In this document: positions 46,331 through 56,065 of the stretch, piece after piece | How the letters are laid out: each line of letters begins with the position of its first letter | How positions within the stretch are numbered: position 1 is the first letter of the stretch | Source of the DNA: Verrucomicrobiota bacterium | GTDB taxonomy: Bacteria > Verrucomicrobiota > Verrucomicrobiia > Opitutales > Opitutaceae | Length of the DNA stretch: 64,000 nucleotides | NCBI GenBank assembly: GCA_048498955.1 | Contig: JBEHWZ010000015.1 | Span: forward strand, 23,437 to 87,436 | Reading direction: 5' to 3' | The notes under the pieces: model-generated | Database searches by the model: none | The model's input: the letters and a program-made list of their open reading frames with translations, nothing else | What the model was told of the DNA's origin: nothing | Translations under genes and position numbers: made by a program

Positions 46331-47401
46331 ATGGCCGACGACGCGTCAAAATCAGCCCCGACCGACTTTCTCGATCAATCCGAGATCGACAAGCTGCTCG
46401 CGCAGGGCGGCGGCGGTGACGGTGCCGCGAAGAAGACGCTGATTCGCGCCGACGGCACGCGCACCTCCAGCACGGAGCCGATCAAGGTCGAGGCCTACGA
46501 TTTTCGTAATCCCGCGTTCCTGTCCGAGGTCGAGCTCCGCCGCCTCCGCCTGGTGCACGAGGATTTCATCCGTTACCTGAGCGCACGCCTCTCGCTGTTT
46601 CTCCGCATGGAGTTCGGCCTGAAGATGGCGAAGCTCACGACGGTCAACTATTCCAAGTTCTGCGAGTCGCTGCCGAGCCCGACGCACATCTGCCTGTTCA
46701 AGGCCGAGCCGCTGTCGGGTGTCAGCGTCATCGACCTCAACCCGCGCCTCGCGCTCACCATCGCCGACCGCCTCCTCGGCGGCCGCGGCCATTCGGTGAA
46801 GACCGAGCGCTACCTGACCGAGATCGAGATCGCGCTGCTCGACGACGTGATCCACATGATCCTCGAGGAGTGGTGCCACCAGTGGAAGAGCGAGCAGGAG
46901 CTTACGCCCCTGATCGTCGGCCACGAGAACAGCGGCCGTTTCCTCCAGACCGCGCCCAAGGATGCCGTCATTCTCGCCATGACGCTCGAAGCCAGCTTCG
47001 GCGACTGCTCCGAGCAGATCCAGATTGGCGTGCCCTATTACACCATCGAACCGCTGGTCCGCCGCATGCAGGCCCGCCGCGCGAAGGACGCCAACATCAC
47101 GACCGCCGTCGCGAAGAAGGCCGAGTGGCAGCAGGCCTACGCCACCATCTCCATGCCGGTGCGCGCGGAGTGGGACACCTTCGAGGTTTCCCTGCGCGAA
47201 ATCACCAATCTCTGCGTGGGCGACGTGATCGAGATGCCCGCCGACCAATTGCGCCAGACCAACCTGCTGCTGAACGGCACGCCGAAATTCGTCGGCACCG
47301 TGGGCCTCGACAGCGAGCACATCGCAGTGCAGCTCACCGCCAAACTCCCGCCCGCCTCGGTGGGCCTAAACTCCGTTTACCATGGAAGAAAAAACTCTTG
47401 A
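46331..47401 (+). CDS. fliM: Motor switch protein FliM
   Basis: FLDQSEIDKLL (CheY-binding peptide), YDFRNP, CheC-like core, C-terminal SPOA. Confidence 0.95.
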   Translation: MADDASKSAPTDFLDQSEIDKLLAQGGGGDGAAKKTLIRADGTRTSSTEPIKVEAYDFRNPAFLSEVELRRLRLVHEDFIRYLSARLSLFLRMEFGLKMAKLTTVNYSKFCESLPSPTHICLFKAEPLSGVSVIDLNPRLALTIADRLLGGRGHSVKTERYLTEIEIALLDDVIHMILEEWCHQWKSEQELTPLIVGHENSGRFLQTAPKDAVILAMTLEASFGDCSEQIQIGVPYYTIEPLVRRMQARRAKDANITTAVAKKAEWQQAYATISMPVRAEWDTFEVSLREITNLCVGDVIEMPADQLRQTNLLLNGTPKFVGTVGLDSEHIAVQLTAKLPPASVGLNSVYHGRKNS

Positions 47402-47633
47402 TATCGTCCTCGACGTTAAGGTCAAAGTGACCGTGCAGCTCGGCTCGTGCCTGCTGCCGATGCGCGATGTCCTCGAACTCTCGCCCGGCTCCGTCGTGCA
47501 GCTGAACCAGCAGGCCAGCGATCCGGTCGGCCTCTACGTCAACGACAAGCTCGTCGCCTATGGTGAAGTCGTCGTGGTCGAGGACCACTTCGGCATCAAG
47601 ATCACCGAACTCGTCGGCAGCAATCCCCAGTGA
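47382..47633 (+). CDS. fliN: Motor switch protein FliN (83 aa, SPOA only)
   Basis: LDIVLDVKVKVTVQLG...AYGEVVVVEDHFGIKITEL. Confidence 0.95.
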   Translation: MEEKTLDIVLDVKVKVTVQLGSCLLPMRDVLELSPGSVVQLNQQASDPVGLYVNDKLVAYGEVVVVEDHFGIKITELVGSNPQ

Positions 47634-47643
47634 GGTTCCTGAC

Positions 47644-48063
47644 ATGGATGTCGCACAAAACTTTTCGGCCCGCTTCCGGGCGGGCCTCCTGTTCCTCGGT
47701 CTCCTCGCCGCCGCGCCGCTGTTCGCGCAGCCCAAGGAAGATCCCGTAATTTATCCCCGCGGCACGCCCGGGGCTGCGGCGGCCGCCCAGGCGGCTCCCG
47801 CGGGTTCGAATGCCTCCCTGATCCTGGCCGGTGTGCTCCTCGCGGGCGCCGGCGGCTGGTGGCTGTGGCTCAAGCGCCGGGACGGCGGTCGGGGCCTGGC
47901 CGGCAAGGCCCACCTGCTGAACATCGCGGAAACCCGCTCGCTCGGTTCGCGCCAGTACCTCGTCGTGGCCGACTACGACGGCAAAAAATTTCTCCTGGGC
48001 GTCTGCCCGGGCAGCATCGAAATGCTCACGCCGCTCGACGGCGAAAAGGCGGAGAAGTCATGA
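47644..48063 (+). CDS. fliO: Flagellar biosynthesis protein FliO
   Basis: TM segment then IAETRSLGSRQYLVVADYDGKKFLLGV. Confidence 0.85.
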   Translation: MDVAQNFSARFRAGLLFLGLLAAAPLFAQPKEDPVIYPRGTPGAAAAAQAAPAGSNASLILAGVLLAGAGGWWLWLKRRDGGRGLAGKAHLLNIAETRSLGSRQYLVVADYDGKKFLLGVCPGSIEMLTPLDGEKAEKS

Positions 48064-48947
48064 GCCGCTGGCTTTTCCTTTCCGGTTTCTGGCCTCGTGT
48101 CGCGGTGATTACCGTGCTGCTGGTGCTCGGCCTCTACGCCACGCCGGCTTTTGCTCAGGACGCCGCTGCTGCGCCGGCGCTCCAGCCCACGCAGGGCATC
48201 ATCCAGCCTTCGGCGAATCCGGCTCCGAACGCCGCTCCCGCCGCGATCGCCCCTACGCCTGTGCCGGCGTCGCGCACGCCGCTCCGCCTGAACATCGGGC
48301 TCGAGGGTGCCGATCGTCCGGGCGACCTCAGTGTCGCCGTGCAGCTCGTGCTGCTGATGACGCTCCTTTCGGTGGCGCCTTCGCTGGTGCTGCTGATGAC
48401 CAGTTTCACGCGCATCGTGATCGTGCTCGGTTTCGTGCGCACCGCGCTCGGCGTGCCGAGCGCGCCGTCCAACCAGATCATCGTCGGCCTCTCGCTGTTC
48501 CTGACCTTCTTCATCATGGGTCCGACTTTCGATCGCATCAACACGGAGGCCCTGCGGCCCTACCTCGACGGCAAGATGCAGTCGGCGGACGCGCTCGACA
48601 AGGCGACCGGCCCGCTGCGCGATTTCATGCTCAAGCAGACCCGCACGCGTAACCTCGAGTACTTCCTGCAGCTCGGGGGCTATGGCCCGACGGCGGTCAA
48701 GGACCTGCCGATGCGCGTCGTGATTCCCTCCTTCGTGCTGAGCGAACTGCAGTCCGCCTTCCAGATGGGCTTCCTGCTCTTCCTGCCTTTCCTCGTCATC
48801 GATTTCCTCGTGTCCGCAGTGCTGATGTCACTCGGCATGATGATGATGCCGCCCAACGTCGTCTCGCTGCCCTTCAAGCTGCTCCTGTTCGTCCTGGTGG
48901 ACGGCTGGCACCTGATCGTGCAGTCGCTGGTGCAAAGCTTCAGCTAG
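48060..48947 (+). CDS. fliP: Export gate protein FliP
   Basis: MTSFTRIVIVL, PSNQIIVGLSLFLT, AFQMGF, PFKLLLFVLVDGW. Confidence 0.97.
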   Translation: MSRWLFLSGFWPRVAVITVLLVLGLYATPAFAQDAAAAPALQPTQGIIQPSANPAPNAAPAAIAPTPVPASRTPLRLNIGLEGADRPGDLSVAVQLVLLMTLLSVAPSLVLLMTSFTRIVIVLGFVRTALGVPSAPSNQIIVGLSLFLTFFIMGPTFDRINTEALRPYLDGKMQSADALDKATGPLRDFMLKQTRTRNLEYFLQLGGYGPTAVKDLPMRVVIPSFVLSELQSAFQMGFLLFLPFLVIDFLVSAVLMSLGMMMMPPNVVSLPFKLLLFVLVDGWHLIVQSLVQSFS

Positions 48948-48954
48948 CGCTGAA

Positions 48955-49053
48955 GCGGCAAGAGGAAAGGGGGAAGCGGAAAGCGTCCAACCACTCTCAA
49001 GCCATCCGAACCTTACGGTCTCACACTTACCTCCTACCGCTTACCTCTTCCCG
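48955..49053. repeat. Inverted 7-bp-period array pair
   Basis: GCGGCAA GAGGAAA GGGGGAA GCGGAAA ... CTTACCT CCTACCG CTTACCT CTTCCCG. Confidence 0.7.
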
Positions 49054-49068
49054 CGCTTCGCGCCCGCC

Positions 49069-49338
49069 ATGAATCCCGAAATCGCCATCGATCTCTTCAA
49101 AACCACGGTGATGTTTGCGCTCTATACGGTCGCGCCGTTTCTCATCGTGCTGATGGTGGTGGGACTCGTCACCAGCCTGCTGCAGTCGGTGACGTCGCTG
49201 CAGGAGCCGACTCTGACTTTCGCGCCCAAGCTGATCGCGCTCTCCGCGCTGGCGCTGCTGCTCACGCCGTGGCTGTTGCGCACGCTGAGCGAGTTTACGA
49301 TCTCGATCATCAACCGCATGCCGGGTTTGGCGCACTAA
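49069..49338 (+). CDS. fliQ: Export gate protein FliQ
   Basis: [17 protein letters not shown]. Confidence 0.96.
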   Translation: MNPEIAIDLFKTTVMFALYTVAPFLIVLMVVGLVTSLLQSVTSLQEPTLTFAPKLIALSALALLLTPWLLRTLSEFTISIINRMPGLAH

Positions 49339-49425
49339 GGAGCAAAGAGCACGGAGCATAGGGCCAAGAGCCCAGACCCGATCCGTCTTTTCCTACTCTT
49401 TGCTCCAAGCTCTTAGCTCTTTGCT
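49339..49425. repeat. Inverted 7-bp-period array pair (GGAGC family)
   Basis: GGAGCAA AGAGCAC GGAGCAT AGGGCCA AGAGCCC ... CTACTCT TTGCTCC AAGCTCT TAGCTCT. Confidence 0.8.
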
Positions 49426-49435
49426 TTCGCCCCCC

Positions 49436-50188
49436 ATGACGATCGGCTACTTCTACACCTTCCTGATGGTTTTCCTGCGCGGGGTGGGGATCGTTTTCCT
49501 GCTGCCGGCGCTGGGTGGTGACCGAACGATTCCGCCGATGATCAAGGTCGCGATCTCGCTGTGCATTGCGATCCTCGTGACCGGGCTGGTGCCGGAGGGG
49601 CACATCCCCGGCGATCTGGCCAGTCTCGGTTTCGCCATGGCGGGCGAGGTGCTGCTCGGCCTCGCGATGGGCTTCATGGTGAAGATGATTTTTTCCGCCG
49701 TGGAAATGGCGGGCCGCATGATCGCCTCGGAAATCGGTCTCGCCGGCAGCCCGGGTTTTGGCGCGCCCGAGATGGCATCGGAACCACTGGCGGCGTTCGT
49801 CATGTCGCTGGCCGTGCTCCTGTTTTTCCTCTTTGGCGCGCACCTGACCGTGCTGACGGCGTTCGCGCGTAGCTTCGATTTCGCCGCCCCGGGCATGCCG
49901 GTGCTGGGCCACGGGGCGGGGGAGCAGTTCATCAATGCCACCAGCCACGTGATCGAGCTCGGCCTGCGCATGGCGGCGCCGTTCATCGCGCTGAATTTCA
50001 TGGTCACGCTGGCGTTCTCGGTGCTCGGTCGCGCCGTATCGCGCATGAATGTCTTCGTGCTCAGCTTTTCCGTCCGCGCGCTCCTCGGCTTCGGCCTCCT
50101 GGCCAGCGGTGGCGCCCTGATCGCCCGCTACATGTACGCCGAGTTCAGCGACCTGCCGACGCAGATGCTGATGCTGGTTAGCAAGTGA
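49436..50188 (+). CDS. fliR: Export gate protein FliR
   Basis: [34 protein letters not shown]. Confidence 0.95.
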   Translation: MTIGYFYTFLMVFLRGVGIVFLLPALGGDRTIPPMIKVAISLCIAILVTGLVPEGHIPGDLASLGFAMAGEVLLGLAMGFMVKMIFSAVEMAGRMIASEIGLAGSPGFGAPEMASEPLAAFVMSLAVLLFFLFGAHLTVLTAFARSFDFAAPGMPVLGHGAGEQFINATSHVIELGLRMAAPFIALNFMVTLAFSVLGRAVSRMNVFVLSFSVRALLGFGLLASGGALIARYMYAEFSDLPTQMLMLVSK

Positions 50189-50221
50189 TCGGACTTGTGG
50201 CCGCTGGCGTGGGTTTTGGGA

Positions 50222-50262
50222 TATAGGTCCTATACGACCTATAGGACTTATAGGACCTATGG
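50222..50262. repeat. 9-bp-period array
   Basis: TATAGGTCC TATACGACC TATAGGACT TATAGGACC TATGG. Confidence 0.85.
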
Positions 50263-50440
50263 TTTGATGGCGGCCGGCTCCCGGGAATTAGTCCTGACTT
50301 TCGCTATCGTGCGCTACCTCACGGCAAATATTGCCGGAAAAAACGGGCGCTTTTTTTGGCGTGAAATAATCGCGAGCGCGTTCGGATACGAAACTTTCTA
50401 AATGCTGATAATCAGTGATTAATGCGACGTACGGAATCCT

Positions 50441-50455
50441 TGGCATCGGCGTTGC
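50441..50455 (+). promoter_or_regulatory. sigma54 promoter of flhB operon
   Basis: TGGCAT-N5-TTGC. Confidence 0.8.
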
Positions 50456-50473
50456 TATTTATCGGGCACAACA

Positions 50474-51577
50474 ATGTCCGATACCGACCAAGACCAAAAA
50501 ACCGAGAAGCCCACAGGCAAGCGCCTGAGTGAGGCTGCGGACAAGGGTCAGTTCGCGAAGAGCCCGGAGCTGTCGGTTTTGTTCTCCCTGGCGGCGGCGC
50601 TCGGGGTGCTCGGTTTCACCGCCTCGTCCACCGCGCGCAGCGTGGCGGAATATTCGGTCGGCGTGTTCAGCAATTTCGCCCACAGCCCGGTCGAGCTCTC
50701 GACGGTCCCGGGCTACCTCGGCGATGTGATGCAGGTCGTCGCCGGCGGCCTGCTGCCGGTGCTGCTCGCCTGCGCGATCGCCGCGATGCTCGTCGGCGGC
50801 ATCCAGAGCGGCTTCCACCTTTCGACCAAGGCGCTCGCGTTCAAGCTCGAGGGCCTGAACCCGGTCGCCGGTTTCCAGCGCATCTGGTCCAAGAACACCG
50901 CGATCAAGGCCGGCATCGACCTGCTCAAGCTCGTCGCCATCGGCTTCTCGCTCTACCTCGGCGCCCGCACGCTGATGATGGATCCGCTCTTCAGCGCGCC
51001 GGTCGAGGCCCGCTACCTCGGCACGTTCATCAACAACGCCGCCGTCACGTTTTTCAGCCGCCTGCTGTTCTCCCTCGGGATCATCGCCGCCCTCAGCTAC
51101 GCCTGGGAAAAGTACAAGACGGGCCAGGAGCTCATGATGACCCGCCAGGAAGTGAAGGATGAGGCGAAGAACACGGAAGGTGACCAGCAGGTGAAGGGCG
51201 CGATGCGCCGCATGGCCCGCCGCCTCCTGCAGAAGCAGATGCTCGCCTCGGTCGCCACGGCCGACGTCGTCATCACCAACCCGACCCACTACGCCATCGT
51301 CCTCAAGTACGAGCGCGGCCTCGACAAGGCCCCGGTCATCCTCGCCAAGGGCGAGAATCGTTTTGCCCAGCGCCTCAAGGCCCTCGCGGCCCAGCACGGC
51401 GTCCCGATGGTCGAGAACAAGCCCGTCGCCCGCATGCTCTTCGCGCTCGGCGAAGTGGGCGAGGGGATCCCGCAGGAACTCTACCAGGCCGTCGCCGAGA
51501 TCCTGGCCGTGGTCTACCGCACGCACCGCTTCTACTTCCACCAGCTAAAGACCCGCCGCCTCGAGGCCGCGGCCTGA
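50474..51577 (+). CDS. flhB: Export switch protein FlhB
   Basis: KTEKPTGKRL, ITNPTHYA autocleavage motif, VENKPVAR. Confidence 0.97.
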   Translation: MSDTDQDQKTEKPTGKRLSEAADKGQFAKSPELSVLFSLAAALGVLGFTASSTARSVAEYSVGVFSNFAHSPVELSTVPGYLGDVMQVVAGGLLPVLLACAIAAMLVGGIQSGFHLSTKALAFKLEGLNPVAGFQRIWSKNTAIKAGIDLLKLVAIGFSLYLGARTLMMDPLFSAPVEARYLGTFINNAAVTFFSRLLFSLGIIAALSYAWEKYKTGQELMMTRQEVKDEAKNTEGDQQVKGAMRRMARRLLQKQMLASVATADVVITNPTHYAIVLKYERGLDKAPVILAKGENRFAQRLKALAAQHGVPMVENKPVARMLFALGEVGEGIPQELYQAVAEILAVVYRTHRFYFHQLKTRRLEAAA

Positions 51578-51612
51578 TGAATCTCAAATTTCAAATCTGA
51601 GATTTTAAATTT
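51578..51612. repeat. 7-bp-period array (AGATTT family)
   Basis: TGAATCT CAAATTT CAAATCT GAGATTT TAAATTT; 24 nt identical to 19216-19239. Confidence 0.85.
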
Positions 51613-51621
51613 CTCCCCCAC

Positions 51622-53790
51622 ATGCCCGTTTCCAGTTCCAACTCCATCACCCGCCTCCTGGCCCGCGCCGACCTGCTCTTCGCGATCGGCCTGTTCGGCA
51701 CGGTGCTGCTGCTGGTGCTGCCGGTGCCGCCGTTCCTGATCGACCTGATGCTCGCGCTGAACATCGGGCTCTCGCTCCTGGTGCTGCTCGCGATCGTCTA
51801 CATCAAGGATCCGCCGGAGTTCTCCGCGTTCCCGACGATGCTGCTGGCGCTGACCCTCTTCCGCCTCGCGCTGAACATTTCCTCCACCCGCCAGATCCTC
51901 GCGCACGGCTACGCCGGCGAGATCATCGAGTCCTTCGGTCACTTCGTCATCCAGGGCAACTACATCGTCGGCGCCGTGGTGTTCATCATCCTCGTCTTGA
52001 TCAACTTTGTGGTCATCACGAAGGGCGCGGGCCGCATCGCTGAAGTCAGCGCGCGTTTCACCCTCGACGCTCTCCCCGGTAAGCAGATGGCGATCGATGC
52101 CGAACTCAACGCCGGCATCATCGACGAGCTCACCGCCACCACCCGCCGCCTCAAGGTCCAGAAGGAAGCGGATTTCTACGGTGCGATGGACGGTGCCTCG
52201 AAGTTCGTCCGCGGTGACGCGGTCGCCGGCATCCTGATCACGCTCGTCAACGTCGTCGGCGGTTTCGCCATCGGCGTGCTGCAGATGGACCTCACGCTCG
52301 CCGAGTCGCTGCAGAAGTTCACCCTCCTCTCGATCGGTGACGGTCTCGTCTCCCAGATCCCCGCGCTCATCATCTCCATCGGCGCCGGTCTCCTCGTCAC
52401 CCGCGCTTCCGACAACAACAACCTCGGCCAGCAGATCACCGGCCAGATCGTCCGCTACCCGCGCGCCATGAAGCTCGCGGCGGGCTGTATGGCGGTCTTC
52501 GGCCTCATGCCGGGCATGCCGATGATCCCGTTCCTGGGTCTCGCCGGCCTCATGGCTTTCATGGCCCGCACGTTCAAGGACACCGAGGGCGCCGATGCGC
52601 TCGCGACCGCGACGGCACCCGCCGCCGGCAAGCCGGGTGCGAAGGGCGCCCCTGCCGCTCCGGGAAAACCGGGCGAGGCCGCCCCGACCGGCTCCGTTTC
52701 CGCGCCGGCCACCGAGGACGTCCGCAAGCTCACGGAAGTCGACATCTTCTCGATCGAAATCGGCTACGGCCTGCTCCCGCTCGCCGAGGCCCGCTCGGGT
52801 GGCGACCTGCTCGCTCGCGTCACGGGTGTCCGCAAGACGCTCGCTCGCGAAAAGGGCCTCGTCGTCCCGCCGGTTTCCGTCCGCGACAATCTCGAACTCG
52901 AGGCCAACGACTACCGCTTCCTCCTTCGCGGCAAGGCCGTCGCTCGCGGCACCATTCTCCCGGGCCGCCTGCTCGCGATGAACGTCGCCGGCAGCACCAT
53001 CCGCCTCCGCGGCCAGCCGACGCGCGAGCCGGTCTTCAACCTCGACGCGACCTGGATCGACGAGGGCGAGCGCAAGACCGCCGAGATGAACAATTACACG
53101 GTCGTCGACCCGTCGTCGGTGCTCATCACGCACCTGTCCGAGACGCTCAAGGCCAACTCGCACCACCTGCTCGGCCGCCAGGATGTGCAGTCGCTCGTCG
53201 ACCACATCAAGGTCTCGCACGCCGCGCTCGTCGCCGAACTGCTGCCCGACCTCGTCAACCTTGGTGTCATCCAACGCGTCCTGCAGAACCTGCTCCGCGA
53301 GGGCGTCGCGATCCTCAATCTCCCGCTCATCCTCGAAGGCATCGCCGACTTCGCCTCGCTCTCGAAGAATCCGGACGACCTCAGCGAACTCGTCCGTCGC
53401 CGCCTCGGTCTGTATTTCGTCCCCGAGCTGGAAGCCCGCCCCGGCGTGCTGCGCAGCCTGACCCTCGATCCGCGCCTCGAGCAGTTCCTTGGCACCAAGG
53501 TGCACCGCTCGCCGACCGATGTCGGCCTGTCGCTCGACCCGGCCACCGGCCGCCACCTGATCGAGGAGCTCAACCGCCGCATCGCGCAGCTCACGAGCCA
53601 GGGCGCTCCCGCGGTGCTCACGGTCTCGACCGAGACCCGCCTGCCGATCAAGCGCTTCCTCGAACCCTCTTTCCCGCGTCTCACCGTCCTCGCGTTCCAG
53701 GAGCTCCCGACCTCGACCGAGATCGAAAACGCCGGCCTCGTGCCGCTCCCCGTCCACCTGCAGCAGCAGCCCGCCAAGGCCGCCGCCTAA
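51622..53790 (+). CDS. flhA: Export apparatus protein FlhA
   Basis: EVSARFTLDALPGKQMAIDA, FYGAMDGASKFVRGD, TIGD-like SIGDGL. Confidence 0.98.
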   Translation: MPVSSSNSITRLLARADLLFAIGLFGTVLLLVLPVPPFLIDLMLALNIGLSLLVLLAIVYIKDPPEFSAFPTMLLALTLFRLALNISSTRQILAHGYAGEIIESFGHFVIQGNYIVGAVVFIILVLINFVVITKGAGRIAEVSARFTLDALPGKQMAIDAELNAGIIDELTATTRRLKVQKEADFYGAMDGASKFVRGDAVAGILITLVNVVGGFAIGVLQMDLTLAESLQKFTLLSIGDGLVSQIPALIISIGAGLLVTRASDNNNLGQQITGQIVRYPRAMKLAAGCMAVFGLMPGMPMIPFLGLAGLMAFMARTFKDTEGADALATATAPAAGKPGAKGAPAAPGKPGEAAPTGSVSAPATEDVRKLTEVDIFSIEIGYGLLPLAEARSGGDLLARVTGVRKTLAREKGLVVPPVSVRDNLELEANDYRFLLRGKAVARGTILPGRLLAMNVAGSTIRLRGQPTREPVFNLDATWIDEGERKTAEMNNYTVVDPSSVLITHLSETLKANSHHLLGRQDVQSLVDHIKVSHAALVAELLPDLVNLGVIQRVLQNLLREGVAILNLPLILEGIADFASLSKNPDDLSELVRRRLGLYFVPELEARPGVLRSLTLDPRLEQFLGTKVHRSPTDVGLSLDPATGRHLIEELNRRIAQLTSQGAPAVLTVSTETRLPIKRFLEPSFPRLTVLAFQELPTSTEIENAGLVPLPVHLQQQPAKAAA

Positions 53791-53800
53791 CTAATCTCCC

Positions 53801-54907
53801 ATGTCCTCTCTTCCTGCCAACGCTCCCGGCACCTGCTACAAGTTCATCGTCTCCGACGCCAACGAGGCCGCCTCGGTCATCCGCGACCGCCTCGGCGAAA
53901 ACGCCCGCGTCCTCTCCGTCCGCACGATCGAGCCGACCGGCCTGCGCAGCCTCTGGGCTTCGCCCAAGATCGAGGTGCTGGCGACCGTGACGCCGATCGC
54001 CCCGGTGGGAGCGAGCTTGCTCGCGACCAGCAGCGACGACGCCAGTCCGGTGCCGAGCCAGCACGCCTCGACCAACACCCGCATCGATGCCCGCAGCGCG
54101 TTCCGCCAGCCGATCGCGCGCGATCTCACCGCCTTGCTCCGCCGCTCGGGTTTCTCGGATTCGATCCTCGCTCGCCTGCAAAATTCCTCCGACTGGGCCG
54201 CGCTCCAGGCCATGCCGCTGCACCGCGCGCTGGTCGAGACGAGCCGCACGCTCCAGCGCATCGCCGCCACGCGCAAGCCGGTCGCCCCGCTGACCCGCGC
54301 CGCCTTCATCGGTCTCGCCGGTTCCGGCCGCACCACCGCCCTTTGCAAATGGCTCGCCTCCGAAGTGTCACGCCGCGCCCGCGTGGGCCACGTGATCGCC
54401 GCCGAGTTCGACCAGCCGCTGTCCCGCGGCCCGCTCCCGATTTTCTGCGAGGCCCTCGGCGTGCCGCTGGCGCACTATCCGGCCTCGACCCAGCCCGCCG
54501 CGCCCGGCGCCTTCGTCTATTTCGACCTGCCGCCGCTGTCGCTGCGCGACCCGAACGCCAACCAGCCGCTGGCCTCGTTCCTCGACCGCGAGGAAATCGC
54601 CCAGCGCGTGCTCGTGCTGAACGCCGCGTACGGTCCGGACGCCCTCCGCGCCGGCTATGCCCGCGGCCGCGAGTTGCAGGCGACGCATGTGGTTTTCACG
54701 CATCTCGACGAGCGCGTCCAGTGGGGCGGCCTCTGGGATCTCCTGCTCGACGGCGGCCTGGAGCCGCTCTTCCTTACCACCGGCCCGTCGCTCACGGGCG
54801 AGTGCGAGGAGGACGTGTACGACGCGCTCGCGCGCCGCACGCTGCCGGTCGCGGCCAACCCCGATCACACCCTGGCGGACGACGAGTCCGAGGAGGACGC
54901 CGCATGA
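53801..54907 (+). CDS. flhF: FlhF-like SRP-family GTPase (degenerate motifs)
   Basis: N-terminal EAASVIRDRLGENARVLSVR; GLAGSGRTT; THLDE; FLTTG; follows flhA. Confidence 0.75.
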   Translation: MSSLPANAPGTCYKFIVSDANEAASVIRDRLGENARVLSVRTIEPTGLRSLWASPKIEVLATVTPIAPVGASLLATSSDDASPVPSQHASTNTRIDARSAFRQPIARDLTALLRRSGFSDSILARLQNSSDWAALQAMPLHRALVETSRTLQRIAATRKPVAPLTRAAFIGLAGSGRTTALCKWLASEVSRRARVGHVIAAEFDQPLSRGPLPIFCEALGVPLAHYPASTQPAAPGAFVYFDLPPLSLRDPNANQPLASFLDREEIAQRVLVLNAAYGPDALRAGYARGRELQATHVVFTHLDERVQWGGLWDLLLDGGLEPLFLTTGPSLTGECEEDVYDALARRTLPVAANPDHTLADDESEEDAA

Positions 54908-55155
54908 AATTCGTTTTCCTCAGCGGCGGTCTGACCGGCTTCGTCACCGGCCTGCTCACGAGCTGGTCGCTCGATCACGCGGCGGACCGCGTGTTCCTCG
55001 ACGCCGCCGTCGGCTGCCTCGTCGGCGCGATGCTCTTCCGCTGGTTCTGGACCATCGTCCTCGCCGGCCTCCGCGACACCGTCGTCGCCCGCCACCGCGC
55101 TTCCCTGGCCGCCATGAATTCACCCACACCCGCCGCCGCCAAACCGGCCAAATGA
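54904..55155 (+). CDS. Small two-TM hypothetical protein (83 aa)
   Basis: ATGA-coupled to flhF; two hydrophobic segments. Confidence 0.7.
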   Translation: MKFVFLSGGLTGFVTGLLTSWSLDHAADRVFLDAAVGCLVGAMLFRWFWTIVLAGLRDTVVARHRASLAAMNSPTPAAAKPAK

Positions 55156-55207
55156 ACATGAAAACTCCCGCCACTTTCACCTCCGTAACCTCTAGCCACA
55201 CCCAACC

Positions 55208-56020
55208 ATGAAAAGCGCTGCCGTCATGAAAGAAAAAGAAACCAGCAGCACGGATGCAAAGCCCTCGACCGCCGCCTGGCGCGTCTATCAGGGCGTTAAC
55301 ACGTCGGGCGCCATCGATGAAAAGGATTTGATCGAGCGCTTTCTCCCGCTGGTCCGCAATGTTGTGGATCGCATCAAACTCACGCTGCCGCCGCACATCG
55401 ATGCGGACGACCTCTACAGCGTCGGCGTCACCGGCCTCATCGCCGCCGTGCGCAAGTACAACCCGGAGCAGGGGAACACCTTCGCCGGCTACGCCGCCAC
55501 CCGCATTCGCGGCGCCATCCTCGATGAGCTCCGCCGCCTCGACTGGTGCCCGCGCCGCACGCGCGCCCGCGCCCGCAAGCTCAAGGAGTCGATCAACGAT
55601 CTCGAGCAGAAGCTCGGCCGCACCGCGACCGAGGACGAAATTTGCGAGGAAATGGGCGTCAGCCAGGCGGAATACCGCAAGTGGCTCGACGAATCCCGCC
55701 CCGTCACCTTTTTGGCCCTCGATTCCCACGCCATCGGCGAAGAGTCGGAAGGCGCGTCATTGCATGAGTTTCTGGCGGATGAGAACGACGTCACCGGCCG
55801 CGAGAACCTCGAGAAGGACGAGTTGTTAAAACTTCTCACTCAACGGATGGCCGAATTGCCCGATATACCACGGAAGATACTCGCCATGTACTATTTTGAA
55901 AAAATGCGCCTCGCCGAAATCGCTGAAGTCTTCGGCCTGACGGAGTCGCGTATCTGCCAAATCCATTCCCAGACCATTCTCGGCCTGCGTTCCTTCCTGG
56001 GCCGCGCCCGGAACAAGTAA
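55208..56020 (+). CDS. fliA: Flagellar sigma factor sigma28 (FliA/WhiG family)
   Basis: DDLYSVGVTGLI, RIRGAILDELRRLDW, EIAEVFGLTESRICQIH. Confidence 0.96.
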   Translation: MKSAAVMKEKETSSTDAKPSTAAWRVYQGVNTSGAIDEKDLIERFLPLVRNVVDRIKLTLPPHIDADDLYSVGVTGLIAAVRKYNPEQGNTFAGYAATRIRGAILDELRRLDWCPRRTRARARKLKESINDLEQKLGRTATEDEICEEMGVSQAEYRKWLDESRPVTFLALDSHAIGEESEGASLHEFLADENDVTGRENLEKDELLKLLTQRMAELPDIPRKILAMYYFEKMRLAEIAEVFGLTESRICQIHSQTILGLRSFLGRARNK

Positions 56021-56065
56021 ATCTCACCACTTCCTTAAACCTCCTCTCATTTGCTCGCGATTTGC

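Noticed and set aside
56036-56063. Possible sigma28 promoter for motA
   Set aside because: TAAA is followed by a poor -10 (CGCGATTT at N16).
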